Assembly: GCA_017499595.2 (NCBI GenBank)
Contig: CM039001.1
Coordinates: forward strand, 248,001 to 312,000
Length of the DNA stretch: 64,000 nt
DNA from: Psilocybe cubensis
Taxonomy: Eukaryota
Reading direction: 5' to 3'
The notes beneath the pieces were generated by a model. It did no database searches. It had not been told where the DNA came from and was given only the letters and a program-made list of their open reading frames with translations. The position numbers were made by a program, and so were the translations under genes. Below, one piece after another: positions 36,239 to 50,352 of the stretch; position 1 is the stretch's first letter, and every line of letters begins with the position of its first letter.

Positions 36239-39200
36239 AGCGGCGATGTTTGATTCCGTGGCAGTACTGGGATTTCTGAGAAAAGTGTTTCTCTGTCTCG
36301 GTCAAACCGACTTCAACGTGCCTCCATCAAACTTGTTGCCCTTTATTTGGCTCTATTGTGTGGCACTTGCAATATCAAATACGATCATGGCGCCGCGAAG
36401 GTGTCACGTTTTGATTTTCAATACTTCCAACGGATCCATTTGCTTGCGGTCACTCATTCCCATTCAGCTTCTTGAGTTGCTGGCTATTGAGGTACTTGCC
36501 CTCTGGATATATGTCACTGGGATCGCTCTTGAAGCATACCATCTAACCTTTAATCTCCCCATCAAGTCACCCTAGTGTTGACGTTGACCCTGGGAAGGCA
36601 CTAATCGCGACGGAAGCCAAACGGAATCGCTTCACCGGTGAAAGCGCTCAAGAAACTTAGCTTGCTTTCCACGGCCGACGTCAATTGAACCTCTTTGTGG
36701 CATGATGACAGTAACTCGAGGACATTTTCCACTTGGGACCAAGACTATAACACCGGTTCTTCTCCCTAGGCTGACCAGGTCTTCAATGCACCAATCATGG
36801 ATGATTGAACCCACAGGTCCCAGTCTTCGATGCTCGGCCATATCAAACACATTGGCATATGCTACTTAGGAGTCTGTTTTCATTTGGCAACCTGACTGAA
36901 AGTTCTCCTCTGTGCACAAGGGGTAGCATCCTGTATTGCATGTCTATTTGGGTATTACCCGTGACGTTCTCTCAAATGAAGGGTACGGACTTTAAACCGC
37001 AGTCATCATCCTACTTGGAGCGCATCCCGGAAGATTTTCCTTACCGACATGCTTCTGATCTCTTTAGGGCTGTTGTCAGCGCTCAAAGCGTGTAACGAGG
37101 AAACCAATTCATCATTTCTATCTATGGTCTGGCAAACTTTTTAGCCGATGCCGACAAGCCTACCAGGCAGACAATCCAAATTATCTCTCCTCCTTTTCAT
37201 GTAAAATCCCAACGTTTGGGCGCCAAAATCTCAATAGTGGACAATGGATATGCCTGTTTGCGCTTATCTGTAATTTTCTTATGCATCCTGCAACGAGCAA
37301 GATCCGTTGGATCAATCACGATGGCGTGATAGCTGATAACTGGCACAAAGCTCCTAGAATGCAGCAATATGAGAACTCGTTTGGACTTTCCACGGCTAGA
37401 GGTTTGGAGCAACTATCATGTCAAATTTCGGATTTTTCCACTTGATCTACATTATGGTCTACATCTTGCTCTTCCAAAATTGACAGTGCTCAATCTCGGT
37501 CTCCTGGCATCTACTCTGGAAAGTCTTGTCTGAACAAAAAATGCGCTACTCTTTGAAACGAAGTTATGTATTTACTTTATACAGCTGTTTCAACACTTGC
37601 CCGTGCCTCATGTCTCTGTACCAAGTTCTAACGATATTCTTATATTGTTTTATGGGCATCTGCCATCAACCCGCCGTTGAAGGATGCGTGTGTGTCGTGG
37701 CGAATATTACAGGGTGTGTACGACCATACTCTTCTAACCTGTTTGGTCTCAATATCTTACTTGGGACTATTTAATTCACTCGAATTATTGAACGACAGAA
37801 ATAGCCTCGCATACCTAACCTGATGAATCGAATCGTTTCATCTCCTGGTGGAATGTGTCGAGTCAAATAACTCTGAGCACGCCCGTATTGGCTCCAATTC
37901 AACTATTCGTCAGCTGTCTTTACATTGACCTTCGTATAGTTGCAATCACCCGACTACCTCGGAAAGGACGGCCAGAGAAGTGCATCCGTACACCTCTGAC
38001 ACCGACACCAAACTTAAACTGCTTCTGCAGTGGATTCCGGCATACCTCTATGACGAGGAGCACGGTCCGGTATCATACCTAGCATCACGGCCTTTAAGAC
38101 TTTAAGCACGAATTCCAATCGATGGAAGGCTTAAGCGCTCGATCCTCACGATGGTCTCGGATTTGACAGAGAAGCTATGAAACCTGACTTCTATTCTGAA
38201 CTACTTGATACGTTACTGGTCAACTTTATCGAGCATTTAATTTTATTCTTACCTATGAATTTTTAAAAAGGGGCAATCGCGTGGCTCATGCTGTTCTGAA
38301 AATACATCAGCCTACTCAGGATTTCAATCCAGTACGGTTCGTCTTCTGTCTGTCTCCCACAGGATACTTTCTTTCACAGAAACGTACACAATAAAATTAT
38401 AAACAACTTAGACGTTTCACGTCAGTGATTTGTGTAGACTTGTCGCCGTATTGATAGGCCTGAAGCTTCAATTTGCAATTATACTGCCCACAGGCATCTC
38501 CGTATCGTGATCATGACACCTCGAGGCGCATCTCTCTCATTTCATTAGGCCTACTCCATCTGCGTTTTCTTTGGCTGTTCGCGTTTAACACCTGCCATGG
38601 GGCAGCCGCCACCGCCTTTTCCCGCATATATTGTCGTCGCTGTTTCAATTATAACGTTAGATGCAAGGGAGGATCCGGATGACCTTGTGCTACCAGCGCC
38701 ATTAACTGACTAAACAGTTGCTAAGTAGTATCTCTTGTACAGGGCACGACAATTCTGGCCGGAGCCGTGCATACATATGCAGCATGCAGATCTTTTATAT
38801 GGAGCCCGTCATTTTAATGATTCGCAATTTAAAGAGATGACTTCATTCTTCTTACACTATTGTAGCCAAGCCCGGCCGATAATTTAGGGCAATTGTTAGG
38901 CTTCTTTTCAGGACTCAGGAGTCGATTTTGAGAATCGTATGAGAGAAAAACATAAAAGAACCCTGGTCATGGATTCCGAAATCTGTTGGAAGGGCTCTTG
39001 ACTACATTGAATATTAGGAGAGTCTGAATGTGAGAAATTTCTGTATTTACCTTTCCGCAACTGGAAGTATGCTGATGTCGAATCAACGTCGTAGTCCTGT
39101 TCACATCCATGTATGTCAGCGCACCATGTGGAGCAGTATGACCCCAGCACCATGTGAGCCATATTCCGTTACATATCCCGAACAATTCTCGCCTTTTAGA

Positions 39201-40150
39201 ACCCTCAATCTTTGATCTACAGCAGTCAATTTAAGAGACTTCTGTTCTGTTCCTGAGGCTCGGATGGATCCAGCAGAAAAGGTCACCAAGTGAAGCGACG
39301 GACGTCAGTACTCTAGACGAAGGCTTTGAAAGGTCTTCGCCAGAAATTTGGCTGGTTTTCAGTGCCTCGTTGATTTTCAAGAACTTTGGCATGCTGTAAG
39401 AGTCCGTTTTATATACCGCATCTTCGGCGATCAAATGCTTCAATGATGCCGTCCTTTCTAGTTCGTTTATACACAATAATCAGGATCTTATCGCCCGTAA
39501 AGAGTATAGCTTGCAGACTGATGGAATGCCGTGCAAGCGGTCGCCGTCCCGGATCGACTCCCCGACCAATGGCCACGTACCTGGATTTTCCCCGCGCGTC
39601 ACATTCGAGTTTAAACTTGTACAACCTAGAACACTGCCTTGCACTGGTCTGCTGAGTATACTCCGGACCTTCTATACCCTTCTATGGAGGCCAAAGCTTG
39701 TCTGAGGTCTAGCACTTCGGAAGAATACTGTTCCTGACTATTCTCGGAGCGGAAGAACACAGACGACTCGCGGGAGCCATGCTCATCATAGGGCACAATG
39801 TACTCAGACTTAGTGGCCACTGTAATTCTCGTCGCAGTCGTGATATATTATAACTCGTAAGACTTTTGGTGCTGATACATATTGTCCGTAGTGAATCGTG
39901 AATCCGAAGAAGGTAAATACAATATATACCGTGCAGCTGAAAAACGTAAGAGCAAATACAATAGATACATCTAGTGACCTCAAAACCATGGAAGTCCTTC
40001 AAACTGGTAGGCGCCACACGCCAGGCATTTAGTTACAATATCCTCAATAGATAATGTCCGATTACAGGAGTAGGATGCTCGCTGTCGAAGAACCTTGAAC
40101 CTTTCCAAAAATGACCACAAAGAAGCCTCGAACTTGTCCATAAACTGACT

Positions 40151-41363
40151 TCATTTTGGCAAATGTTTCGATCTTGGACGAATTTTATTTCGCTTCAGCG
40201 AGAGAGGTCGGGGTTTTCCACGAAGGCGTAGGTAGACTCCACAAGCATTACACAGCTGTTCCCCTGTCTTGCTTCGTCTCCACACCGATGTATGATGCGT
40301 CCGACAATGACTGCATTCTGGACCGACGTAGTTCACATCAGACTCGTCTGAAGTGCTTCCATCATCATCGGCGTCAATGAGCTCCTGAGGCCGAAGTTTG
40401 TTTCGTTGTTGTAGGTATAGGCCGCAAGCATTACAAAGAGGTTTCATTGTGGACGGATCTCGTCTCCATAGAGGAGTTGAAGTGGCGTGGCAATGTGAAC
40501 AGCTCTTTCCGGTGTCTGACCGATCTTCACTTTGTCGGCGAGAGTGGCTTGCTTGGGATGACGAGGAGGTCGAAGTCGTTGATCCGTGATGAACAGGGGA
40601 TGGGGAAGGAGAGAGACCCGGGGAGAAGCGATGGGGGAAGGCATATCCATTGAGAGGAATGGCTTGGTCACTGGGTGGTGTAAACAGAGTGGCGGAGGAA
40701 GAATCCGACGACGAATACAACATATCGCTGAAGGGCTGGGTAAATTGCGGTATCTGAACATTCAGCTGCTGATTATTCCAAGAGGATGGCCCATTGTTAA
40801 AACGGGTACCACTCAGTAAAGGAGGTTCGGTATCCATGTCCCATGGTACCCAGTTTGAATTAGAACTGACGACGGAATCTCTAGCGTTTGGGTTGGGAAA
40901 GGACGAAGGCCGGGGCGCCTGGGCAGAACCAAGGTACCCGGAGGATGAAAAGTTTTGTTGAACAGGGAGCTGCTGTGGCAAGGAACGCGTCTGGGAAGGA
41001 CGACCTCGAACGTCTCCGCGACTTTCACGACGCGCATATTCAGAGTTTTGTTGTGCAAGCCATCGTCTATGATGCTCATTTTGGACGAAAGTATCCCCGA
41101 CACCATAAGACTGATTTGAATCTAATAGCAATCAGAAATGGCGAGAAGACTGTGGAACACAATTACTCACTGATCGACCAGTTCTCCGATCCACTAATTT
41201 GTGCATTATCTGGGTATCCGGACGATGGGGGGTAGCTGCACATCATGTTGTTCGTGTAGGAAGAGAGAACCTTTTCCTGAGATATGAAGTTGTTTGAGTA
41301 TTGGCGAGCGTGTACCATGTCTATATCAGGAACCAGTTGGTGTAGGTGGTTTGGCCGAGACAC
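40151..41363 (-). CDS. GATA transcription factor with two zinc fingers (5' end uncertain; may extend to an exon at 41909-41763)
   Basis: CSHCHATSTPLWRRDPSTMKPLCNACGLY and CSHCRTHHTSVWRRSKTGEQLCNACGVYLRLRGKPRPLSLKRNKIRPR; intron about 41169-41123. Confidence 0.92.
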
Positions 41364-44300
41364 CTGTGTGGGTTTATATAGAGGAAACCTGAAGGAGGGA
41401 GAGGGCCAAGCGCATTGCCGAAGAAGGAATCAAGATCCAACGCGATGCAGGGGTAGATCCAAATTCATGCTGGTGACGTTGGATGAATATGTCAAAGGGA
41501 GGCGAATGCGAACTAGTCCGCAGGGTATACGAGAGAGTTACCAGGCGCGCCTGGTTAACAAGCGCCTCGAGACTTCAATGGCTACATCTGACAGGTGAAT
41601 CTATAGCCGTAGAATTCCCTCCGAGCCCCATTTACTACAGAGGCAAGGATGCGAAAGATTTTGATGGAGATGACCGTATTCCAAATCCTCTGGACCAAAG
41701 AAGCATCCTGCCGCATCCGCTAATGGTGGTGGTTTAACGTAAGGGGTAAACAAACGACTTACCTTTGTTACCGACGGTTTCGGGATATTGCGATATCCAG
41801 CAAACCCATGACTCGGCCAAAATCCTGACCCCAAAGTGGTTATTCCGGGATCAGGGGGATTTGCATCACTGCAAGCTTCAGCCAACAGCTCTCGATGAGC
41901 GTGGATCATCGAACCCTAAACTTCCTGCCAAGTGCTGAGAGCATTCGAGACCCACCAATATTAGCAACAAGCAAAAACCTTTTGTGCTCCCTGAAAAACG
42001 GACTTAATCAAACGGCCTCGTGCAAATAGGATTCGAAGGCGGAAATAATAAATATCCTACTTTGTTGTATAGGGGACAAAATGCCTTTGACACCTCATGC
42101 TATGGTTTTCGAAGTTGCATCGCACTGCAGGTTACGGGTTAGAGATCAAAATGTCTATCAGTGTCGACTTGACATACCCGCCCGCCCACCGACACATACG
42201 CAACTGTTATTCGGACTGGGAGGGCCGAGCATGTAAAACGGATTTGTAGGTGCAGGTCGGAATCCTGACTTCCGAGATTCTGATTGCGACTAATCAACTT
42301 TCATCAACTTGTTCTTCCTAAACAATAATGGCCCCCAGCCATAGCTATGGGCCTCGATGTATCAAACGTGCAACTATAATAGGTTTTGCCTCACGTTCCA
42401 ATTGTTTAGAATGGAAATTTTCCTCTGGAAAGTAGGTTACTTCAGAAAATTATCTCGAAAATTCCTCAAGTTCTGCCGGAATCATTCACGGCGAGTAAAA
42501 GAGATCGTCTCATATTGATGCAGACAGAAAGACACATATGTGTGTATGTGAATTTAGTGTGAAACCGACGTACCTGTCATTTTCGCGATGTGAATCACTC
42601 TAGCAACTGTTGTATGGAGGTCATGGAGCATCATGCCACCCTCAACAAATTAGTAGACCTTGTTGACCGCGCAGGCTGCACAGTCACTGTGCAATACATT
42701 ATCTATAGTAGGGACAGATCAGCAGGACTGTTGAGACTGTTGAAAGCCAGGAACAAGACCGAATTCCTCAAGACGGAATGTGTACACATCACTGTCAAAG
42801 ACATATGCCCACAGATTTGCACATCATGCCCAGATGTTAGTATAACTCTAACAAGCCCGGATCGTGTCAGAAACCTGAGAACTTGGAAATATAGAGCGCA
42901 CCCAACAAAGTAAGACTGGATGTTAGGTCACCAGATGCATCGTATAGGTGATGTATGATGAATATTGCACAGCGGCAGGATAATTCAAGCGCCTAGAGCG
43001 CGATCGACAACGACCATTGGGCGGCCAAGGTTCCCGACAACAATTGTTTTAATCGATATCCCACGAAAAGCGGTGATCGGCAGAGAGTGTGGGAGAACAA
43101 GCCTTTGCATATTCACGGCGAAAGTTTGACAAAAGCCTTTTAGTTAAACATCGAGGCAAGTCACTTGAACGGTCATGGCCCGAGGTTCCCAAGAGGTTTC
43201 TGCACGAATCTGTTTGGAAACAATATTGAAGGCAAGTCAATCCCTTGTTTCAAAAAGTGCATATACATCGTATACGAAAACGGATAATCATGTCCCGTTG
43301 CTGTCGTTCGGGCGAACTTCCTTGAAATCAGCGTAAGCAGTCAGCCATAAGTTGAAAAGAAACTACGTGAGACATCAGTGCTGATAGTTCAGTTCGAGCG
43401 TTGTCAGCTGTAGATATGTGGCACCCCCAGTTATGGCTAGGCCGAGCAAAGACTGCAGAGATATTATTCGGGAAAGCACAAGTAGATTTTGATCAGCGAG
43501 GATTCCAACATGTAGGTCGCTCACAAAGTAGGTCCGCATATCGACTGGTCGTTATTGGGTTAGAGTGATCGTCCAGCACCTATTTTTGAATTAGAAGATC
43601 GCTGACAGTGGGCGTTACTTGTCTGAAATCTTGGTATAGACTGCATAGTGGTATGGGTGGCAAACACATGCGTCTCGCATTCATTGCTCACAGAGAAGAT
43701 TACGGGCGGTCCGACGCCACTGGCGGTAATACGATAATCACAGTTTACTGTGGGCAAAACACACGCTGTGCACTCATGGAGTATCTAGATGATGACAAGC
43801 AACAAATGTCATCAATACTGAACGCAGACATTTCAAACGATCCGTTTTCACGCACCCATAGTTCGAAAGCAAAACCCCTTCAAATTAGCGGCGCGTCGGC
43901 CCCACTATACTCTTCCGCCTTTCGATGTGATGAAATGGACATGAGACTTTTGACATTTGTTACAGACAACCAAGTGGGCTCAGGCACCGCTGGTCTCGGG
44001 CCTATGATGGCAGAGCCTAAGTATACACAACCCACTAAGAGTGGGGAAGAGTAATTTAGGAGAAAATAGGATCTGGAGAAAGATAAATGGAGCATACCGC
44101 GATCTCTTAGTTCATTCGCATTCGTCAGGAGCCTGTACCTTCAACTATAATTCCCGGTTACTATATGGCACTCTGACGAGATCGTCAATACCATGAGGGC
44201 AAAATATCTGCTCTTCAATGTGCGCAAAACATGAGCATAAGATTGCCAATACTGAATGTCCTTTTACCTGAGCTTTTCAAGATTCAGTCTCAGGTATTGA

Positions 44301-45076
44301 CAGTGAGAGCAATACTGAAATCCGGCAGAGACGTGCGAAACGAGGTTCGTGACTCTTGACGACAACGTACGACATATTGACAATCATTCATCCAAGAATA
44401 ATGTTGATATGACTAAAATATCTAATCACAGTGCAGTTTGGCGACACTGTCAACTTCGGGTGTAAACGACATTCGTAATTCGCCTCCTGCATGGGAGATA
44501 TACACTCGGATATCTGTTGAAGGTTCAGCGAGACGATTGTGGAATTGATGAGAATTGGATGGACTTACTGTTGTGATGCGTAACCTCAATCCTGCATATA
44601 GATACCAGATAGAAATAAAAACTAGTTCAAAGCATGTAGCCGGTTTTCTGTCAACATACACTGCGGATTCAAGAACACGACACAATGTCGACTCGTAGGG
44701 AGGGTCAGTCGGAGTTTCTTGTGTTTAATCTTGACTGAAGCCCCTTGGGAATGCAGAGCTGAGTTGTTTTCATAATGCCAGATAAGTGTGTTGACACTGA
44801 CTGTACTCTAGTGAAAGGAGATTTGGGGCTATAGTATAGGTTTAAATCGACTATCAAAGTTGAAAACAATGGATCATGTTCAAATTCAAGAACAGTTTCA
44901 CTTTTGTGGTATCGCTGTGATCTTTGAAAGCAGGTCACGTCACATGACCATGTGACGTAGCTGTGACGCGTGCCACCTACCGCGCCCCGGGCACTGGCAA
45001 ACGTCACTCAGGACTCTACATGCAACCATTTCTATAACTCTTAGTTTTAGTCAAACGAAGCGTTTCACGGGCACTA

Positions 45077-46397
45077 ATGTCCTTTATTCGTCGCATATTT
45101 AGCAAGGTCAATATCTCTGATTTCCAAAACTCAAACCCAGTCTCAAAAGGCGTCATTTTTTTCTTTAGAAAAGCGAAGAGGACTATGAAACCATCCTCTC
45201 TAATTTGGCCAATGAAGTGCAAGAAAGGCAACTCAAACTATCTGAAATTCGTCTTCGAGAGCGTCGCTCGACTTTGGTTGTAACACTCTACACTTTGGCG
45301 GCTTGGGGAGCCTATGTCAGCTTGTGGTACTTGAACATCTTGCCGAGCATCACAGATGGAACGTACATTCGCAATGCCAGCATGGAGAGGCTGGTGAAGA
45401 TCCTTCCGGTGACCATAGGTCCTATTATGTATGTCATAATATCTTCTTTTCTTCTACATGAAATTCTGATTCCGTCCGCAGAATTCTGTTTATCCGCCGA
45501 GTAGTGCAAATTTGGTACAAACGCAAGGGAGACGCAGAAGGTGAGAGTGATTCCATAGGTTATAGAATTTTTAAGAAGTTCATATGGATTACGTGCAGAG
45601 AAATACTTGAAGGAATTGATGAAGAAACGGCGAGACAAGGTTGAAGAAATCAAGAAGAAAACCAATTACTATTCCACCCGTGATCTTATTCAAAAATATG
45701 ACGACGCCACACCCTCAGCTACCCCTCTTCGTGCCCGATTCCCGCAAGGTCAAGTCCCACCCACCACTCCTATGCGACCTCAGGGACCGGTGAATGGTAA
45801 TTCGGTTCCACAAACACCTGCGCCAAGTTCAGGCCTACAAGCGCATCTTTCCCGTAAAGGCGTCTTTTACATTTCATCTTACAATTTACTCATTTCATGT
45901 AAAAGCTTCTACCCCTGCAGCCTATCCAATTGCACCACCGAGAAAGCAATGGTACGACAAACTGGCGGACGCTTTGCTAGGGGAGGATGACCCGAGTACC
46001 GCTTCACCGAGTTCACGTTACGCGTTGATATGCGAGAAGTGCTTTAACCACAATGGCCTAGTCAAGGAATCCATGTGGGAGGATGCACGTAAGTCTTTAC
46101 AAATATGAGTGGTGACGACACCTCACCTAATACGCGCTGTTATCCTCCCCAGAATATGTTTGCCCCAAATGCGGCCATTTTAACGCCTCAGCGCGCTCGA
46201 AAAAGGACCCACATCGTACTCCATCGCCACCCTCAACGACGACAATGCTTCCATCATCAGATCAATCTGGGTCTGGATTGAATTTGACATCGAACCTTCC
46301 CAAGTCCGCTTCCAAAGATAATGAAGGAGATTCGCCCACCGTCGATGGCACTGAGTCAACCGCCATGGAGGTTGATCAACAAGACGATTCCTCTTGA
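45077..46397 (+). CDS. LNP1: Lunapark ER three-way-junction protein
   Basis: EEDYETILSNL; TM hairpin; KVEEIKKKTNYYSTRDLIQKYD; WYDKLADALLGED; zinc finger RYALICEKCFNHNGL...YVCPKCGHFN; stop 46395-46397. Confidence 0.93.
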
Positions 46398-46621
46398 TTC
46401 GGACACCTCATTTGTTACCGCTATCACAATAGCACTGCTAATTTACCCAGCGATATCGTTTGTATCCCTAATAATAAGATGGACATTTCCGATGATTGTC
46501 TGTTAAACTTTAGGCTTTGGAACGTTGTAGAACGTGCCCTTGCGTTTATGTAATCTGTTTTTTCTTGCTGCAACACCCGTTCACCAGCAAACACTCACAA
46601 AATCCTGACCATTTTTCAAGT

Positions 46622-48488
46622 ATGACGCATGTGTCTGAAGATCCCGAACTGGTAGTAGGAAAGGTGGCAAAAGAGTTGAAAGCAGCGCGATTGCGAATTG
46701 AAGAATTGGAGGCGCAGATTGTAAGCATTATCGGCAATTTTTCTAACTCTGAGATTTACAATTCCATTTGTTCAGAAAAACGCCGACAAAACATTGAAAG
46801 AACGTGTAGAAGCTGCCGAATACGCTAGCGATGTATTGCGAAAAAATTACGATGCACTATCGACAGAAAACAAGTTACTGCGAGAGTCTCTGGAGGAGTT
46901 AAAGGATACGAAAAAGCCAAGGATCAAGGTAGTTGGTGCCCGTCTGGTGCCATGCTCCTCTCTGGATGCCCGATTGCCCCGTAAACTCATACAATATTCT
47001 GTTTCATTCTATCAAGGAGGAAAATGTTGCCCAGCAAAAGCGCGACAACAGAAACATGGTCGACAAATCCATTTCTGCCGACGACCAAAGTGGTGCAGTT
47101 ATGGTGAGGTGTACACATATCCAATCATTGTAGTTATCCTAAGTAGCCGTCTACCATTGCTTACGTTATGTGATGCAGGAACATAAGCTTGAGCAAGCTC
47201 GTGCAAAGTACAAAACAAAGAAACAGCAGATGAAGGACTTGACTCAGGTAGATATGGCCCGGAACCAGTTTAATTTTACTCGGTTACTGACTCGCGTATC
47301 GAAGTCGTGCAAAGAGCTTGAACGGCAACTCAACTTATCCCACGCCGAAAAAGAAGAAGCGGTTAGAGCAGAGAGAGCAGTGCGTATCTTGATGGATGAA
47401 TGCGGACCTGACTTTGACCTGACATACAACCTTACTTTTACGATTATAGAAAGCGAAACCTTTACCTTTGCCCAAACGTGAAGAAGCGCCTAAACCTCCG
47501 ATACCAGTAGTAAGACATACATTCGTTGCTCTTTCTCCACTGACCGACCATCTGTCGACAAGAACCCGACTTGGAATCAATTGGAAGCATATATGTTAAA
47601 CCTTCCCAAAGTAGGCAATTTTATCAGGCCCCAGAATCATCATCTTCAACCAATCTGTCATCGATCTACCGATCTCAAATCTCTGTTGGCGTCGGTAAGC
47701 GCTTCCTTCAATTATTTTATCGCCTCCGCTTAAATGCTCATCTCCCTACTCCAGGACCCCCACACGCTTCAGTATGGGTTTTTTTCGGAATCGTATACAG
47801 GAATCATACCTTGCTCATCACCCTCTAATAGGCTCTCCAAAAACTTCTTGTATCTTTCCGATCTATTGTTTTGGTGCTCCGACATGCAAAATGCTCTTGC
47901 GATCGGGCCTATATATGTATTCGACAAAGCCTCGCAATCCTGGTTCAAACGGTCTATTTTTCAGAATTTATATGGGACAACCTTTTCTTTATTCTACCAA
48001 CGCGACTCGCGTGTAGTCTACGTGGGATTATATAAGGCTATTAATCTTAGGCAGTGGGCTACGGATGGGTCAACCCTGCACAGCGAGTCAACAGAACTTG
48101 GTGAAAATTTACGAAACAAGGTTGTCCATTTTCCGCTACCGACTGCTCCGCTCCAATTTTTACTCACGTACTATTTCAGTACGCGTCTGCTCTGGCAGAA
48201 TCCATGGTCATCGATAATTTAAATAAGCGACAGAGTCAAGTGAACAGTGCTCCCGCAATGATTTCGACATTAAAGTCATTTATTCACGCCGGGATTCTCA
48301 AGTATGAACCCTTGGGGTTGCAAAACGTCGGATTCGACGAAGACCTCTACACAGTAATGGTAAAAAATTACAGGAGCAGGCAACAACGTGCGGGTCGGTC
48401 CGTTGTCTTGTTACCAGAGCCATCGCGGGTTGACTCTGGGACTCCGATTAATATGCCTCACAACAAAAGGAAGAGACTTGGAGATTAG
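46622..48488 (+). CDS. Hypothetical multi-exon protein with N-terminal coiled coil
   Basis: MTHVSEDPELVVGKVAKELKAARLRIEELEAQI and further heptad-rich exons bounded by GT-AG; C-terminal exon GILKYEPLGLQNVGFDEDLY..KRKRLGD*. Confidence 0.7.
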
Positions 48489-50352
48489 CCAAGCAGCATC
48501 GCGATGATGCCCTTGAACCGTGAATATTGCGCTGTGCTGAAACTCCTTTCCTTGTTCAAGACCTGTATTTTAGTCCTTGTATCTACTCCTCGCACCAACT
48601 CCAATCTCCTCGTATCAACTGCTTAGATAACCTCTCTTGAAGGATTGTTGTATATAATTCCATGTCTAGGCCATCTCATCGGTAAACCAATCCCGATAAC
48701 TTTGTAACATAACCGACATCACTAGTGTTGCTCTTGCGCACTCGGCAGAGATTTAGCGAGACACAGTAAGTTTGTGCTGTACAAGTCTTCCTGACGTTAG
48801 CGAGGACCACATGGAGCAATCAATTATGTGGCTAGACGAGTTTGACGTCGACTATAATTGCTGGTAAGAGAGTAGCCCCATGCGCAGGATACATCCAAGT
48901 AAAGTTAAAATCTCTCGACTGTAGGTGTTTCGAGTGCTTCAATGCGGATTCTCCTTCGGAAATCGATGAAGATTCTATCTTCGTCCTGCTTGCGAGCAAT
49001 CCAATCCCCACTTCGCCGCGGCTGAATCTTATCAACCAAGTACCATCAGTTCGGATGACGAGCGCTACTTCAATAAACAGGCATGGTACACCTAGCTGAT
49101 TCATGCCCACCGACACAGAGTGCTGGAATCCGGAGACCCCACCCGAATCCAAAGCGATGCAAAGTAAAGGTAATCCTAGCCCCTCCAAGTTCTAAGTTAA
49201 GCTGGGCACTCTCCCTAATATGATTCCTGAAGCTATGAGAGAGTCACGTCAGAGCGATCTGCATGACGCATAATTTACCGACGTTGACGGAAGAAAGCAC
49301 AGCAGAAGGACGATTCGTCGCCAAATTCCGATAGTTATGGAAAATAAACTTCCGGCAAGTTGTACAATTGTAACACCAACTGAAGACATAATCTGTACAT
49401 ACCTTTTTATTTCAAACATTCTATCCATAGCTCGAATAACAAAGGCGAGCTGGCTCTAACCAGCTCACTAGAGGAGAATGATCCATACTTTTATACAATT
49501 GTATCTGGGATACATCGATATCTAAATTCATACACAATATTCACTTGAGCCAAGTTAAGAAAATCATGGCATGTTCCTCCACCTTATCCAACTTGTACGC
49601 CCATTGGTAATATATTTTTGAGCGATCTACGCTCAATATCTCCCTTACAAAGGAGCACTATAAACTTGTGCTCGCCCGAAGCTTGCATTTGAATGTATCA
49701 TCACTTGGAAATCCATGGCCTAACTTAACTCGAAGTCCATTTTAAACTTGAAACTGGGAACTAGCTTCCTACCCGAGACCGAGGAGGCAGTGACTTTACC
49801 GTGGCTATCTTTGCTATTGCTTTTTAAGGCCCGTCTCCTTTACAGACCTACATATTCGATGTAGAAACAGTAGGTATCCATTTCTGTTGCGGAGTAGGAC
49901 CACATGCCAGACACCTATTATTTCTGTGGATTGCTCTGTACATAAACATTTTGATCTACCACCTCACCATTCCGACGTGATAGGTGCGCCACAGCAGCTG
50001 AGCGCAAGAAGAACAACGGCAGCACAATTACACCGACTCTCCGCGCGTCGAGCCATTAACGCGTCAATACACGCAAACTAACGCGACCGTGTAGATCACA
50101 TGACGTGCGGGTCCGGAGAATCGATGGAGTCAGAAGTGGTTGAACTTGACGTTGACACTTGACATAGATCGGATTCGCGCTGACTCACGGTCGCGTCGAT
50201 CACTATCTGCACTCTAGTACATATATCGTCATCTGAGATACTTATCCCCTGGTACCTTCTTCCATCATCCATCCTGATACTATTCAAGGACGGTCGACAC
50301 GAGGGTTACCAGAATTTAGTCGAACAAGCCAAGTGACACCCAACAGACTAGG

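Noticed and set aside
42590-44054. ORFs of 107 and 148 aa upstream of the GATA gene
   Set aside because: No ATG context or family motifs that I can support
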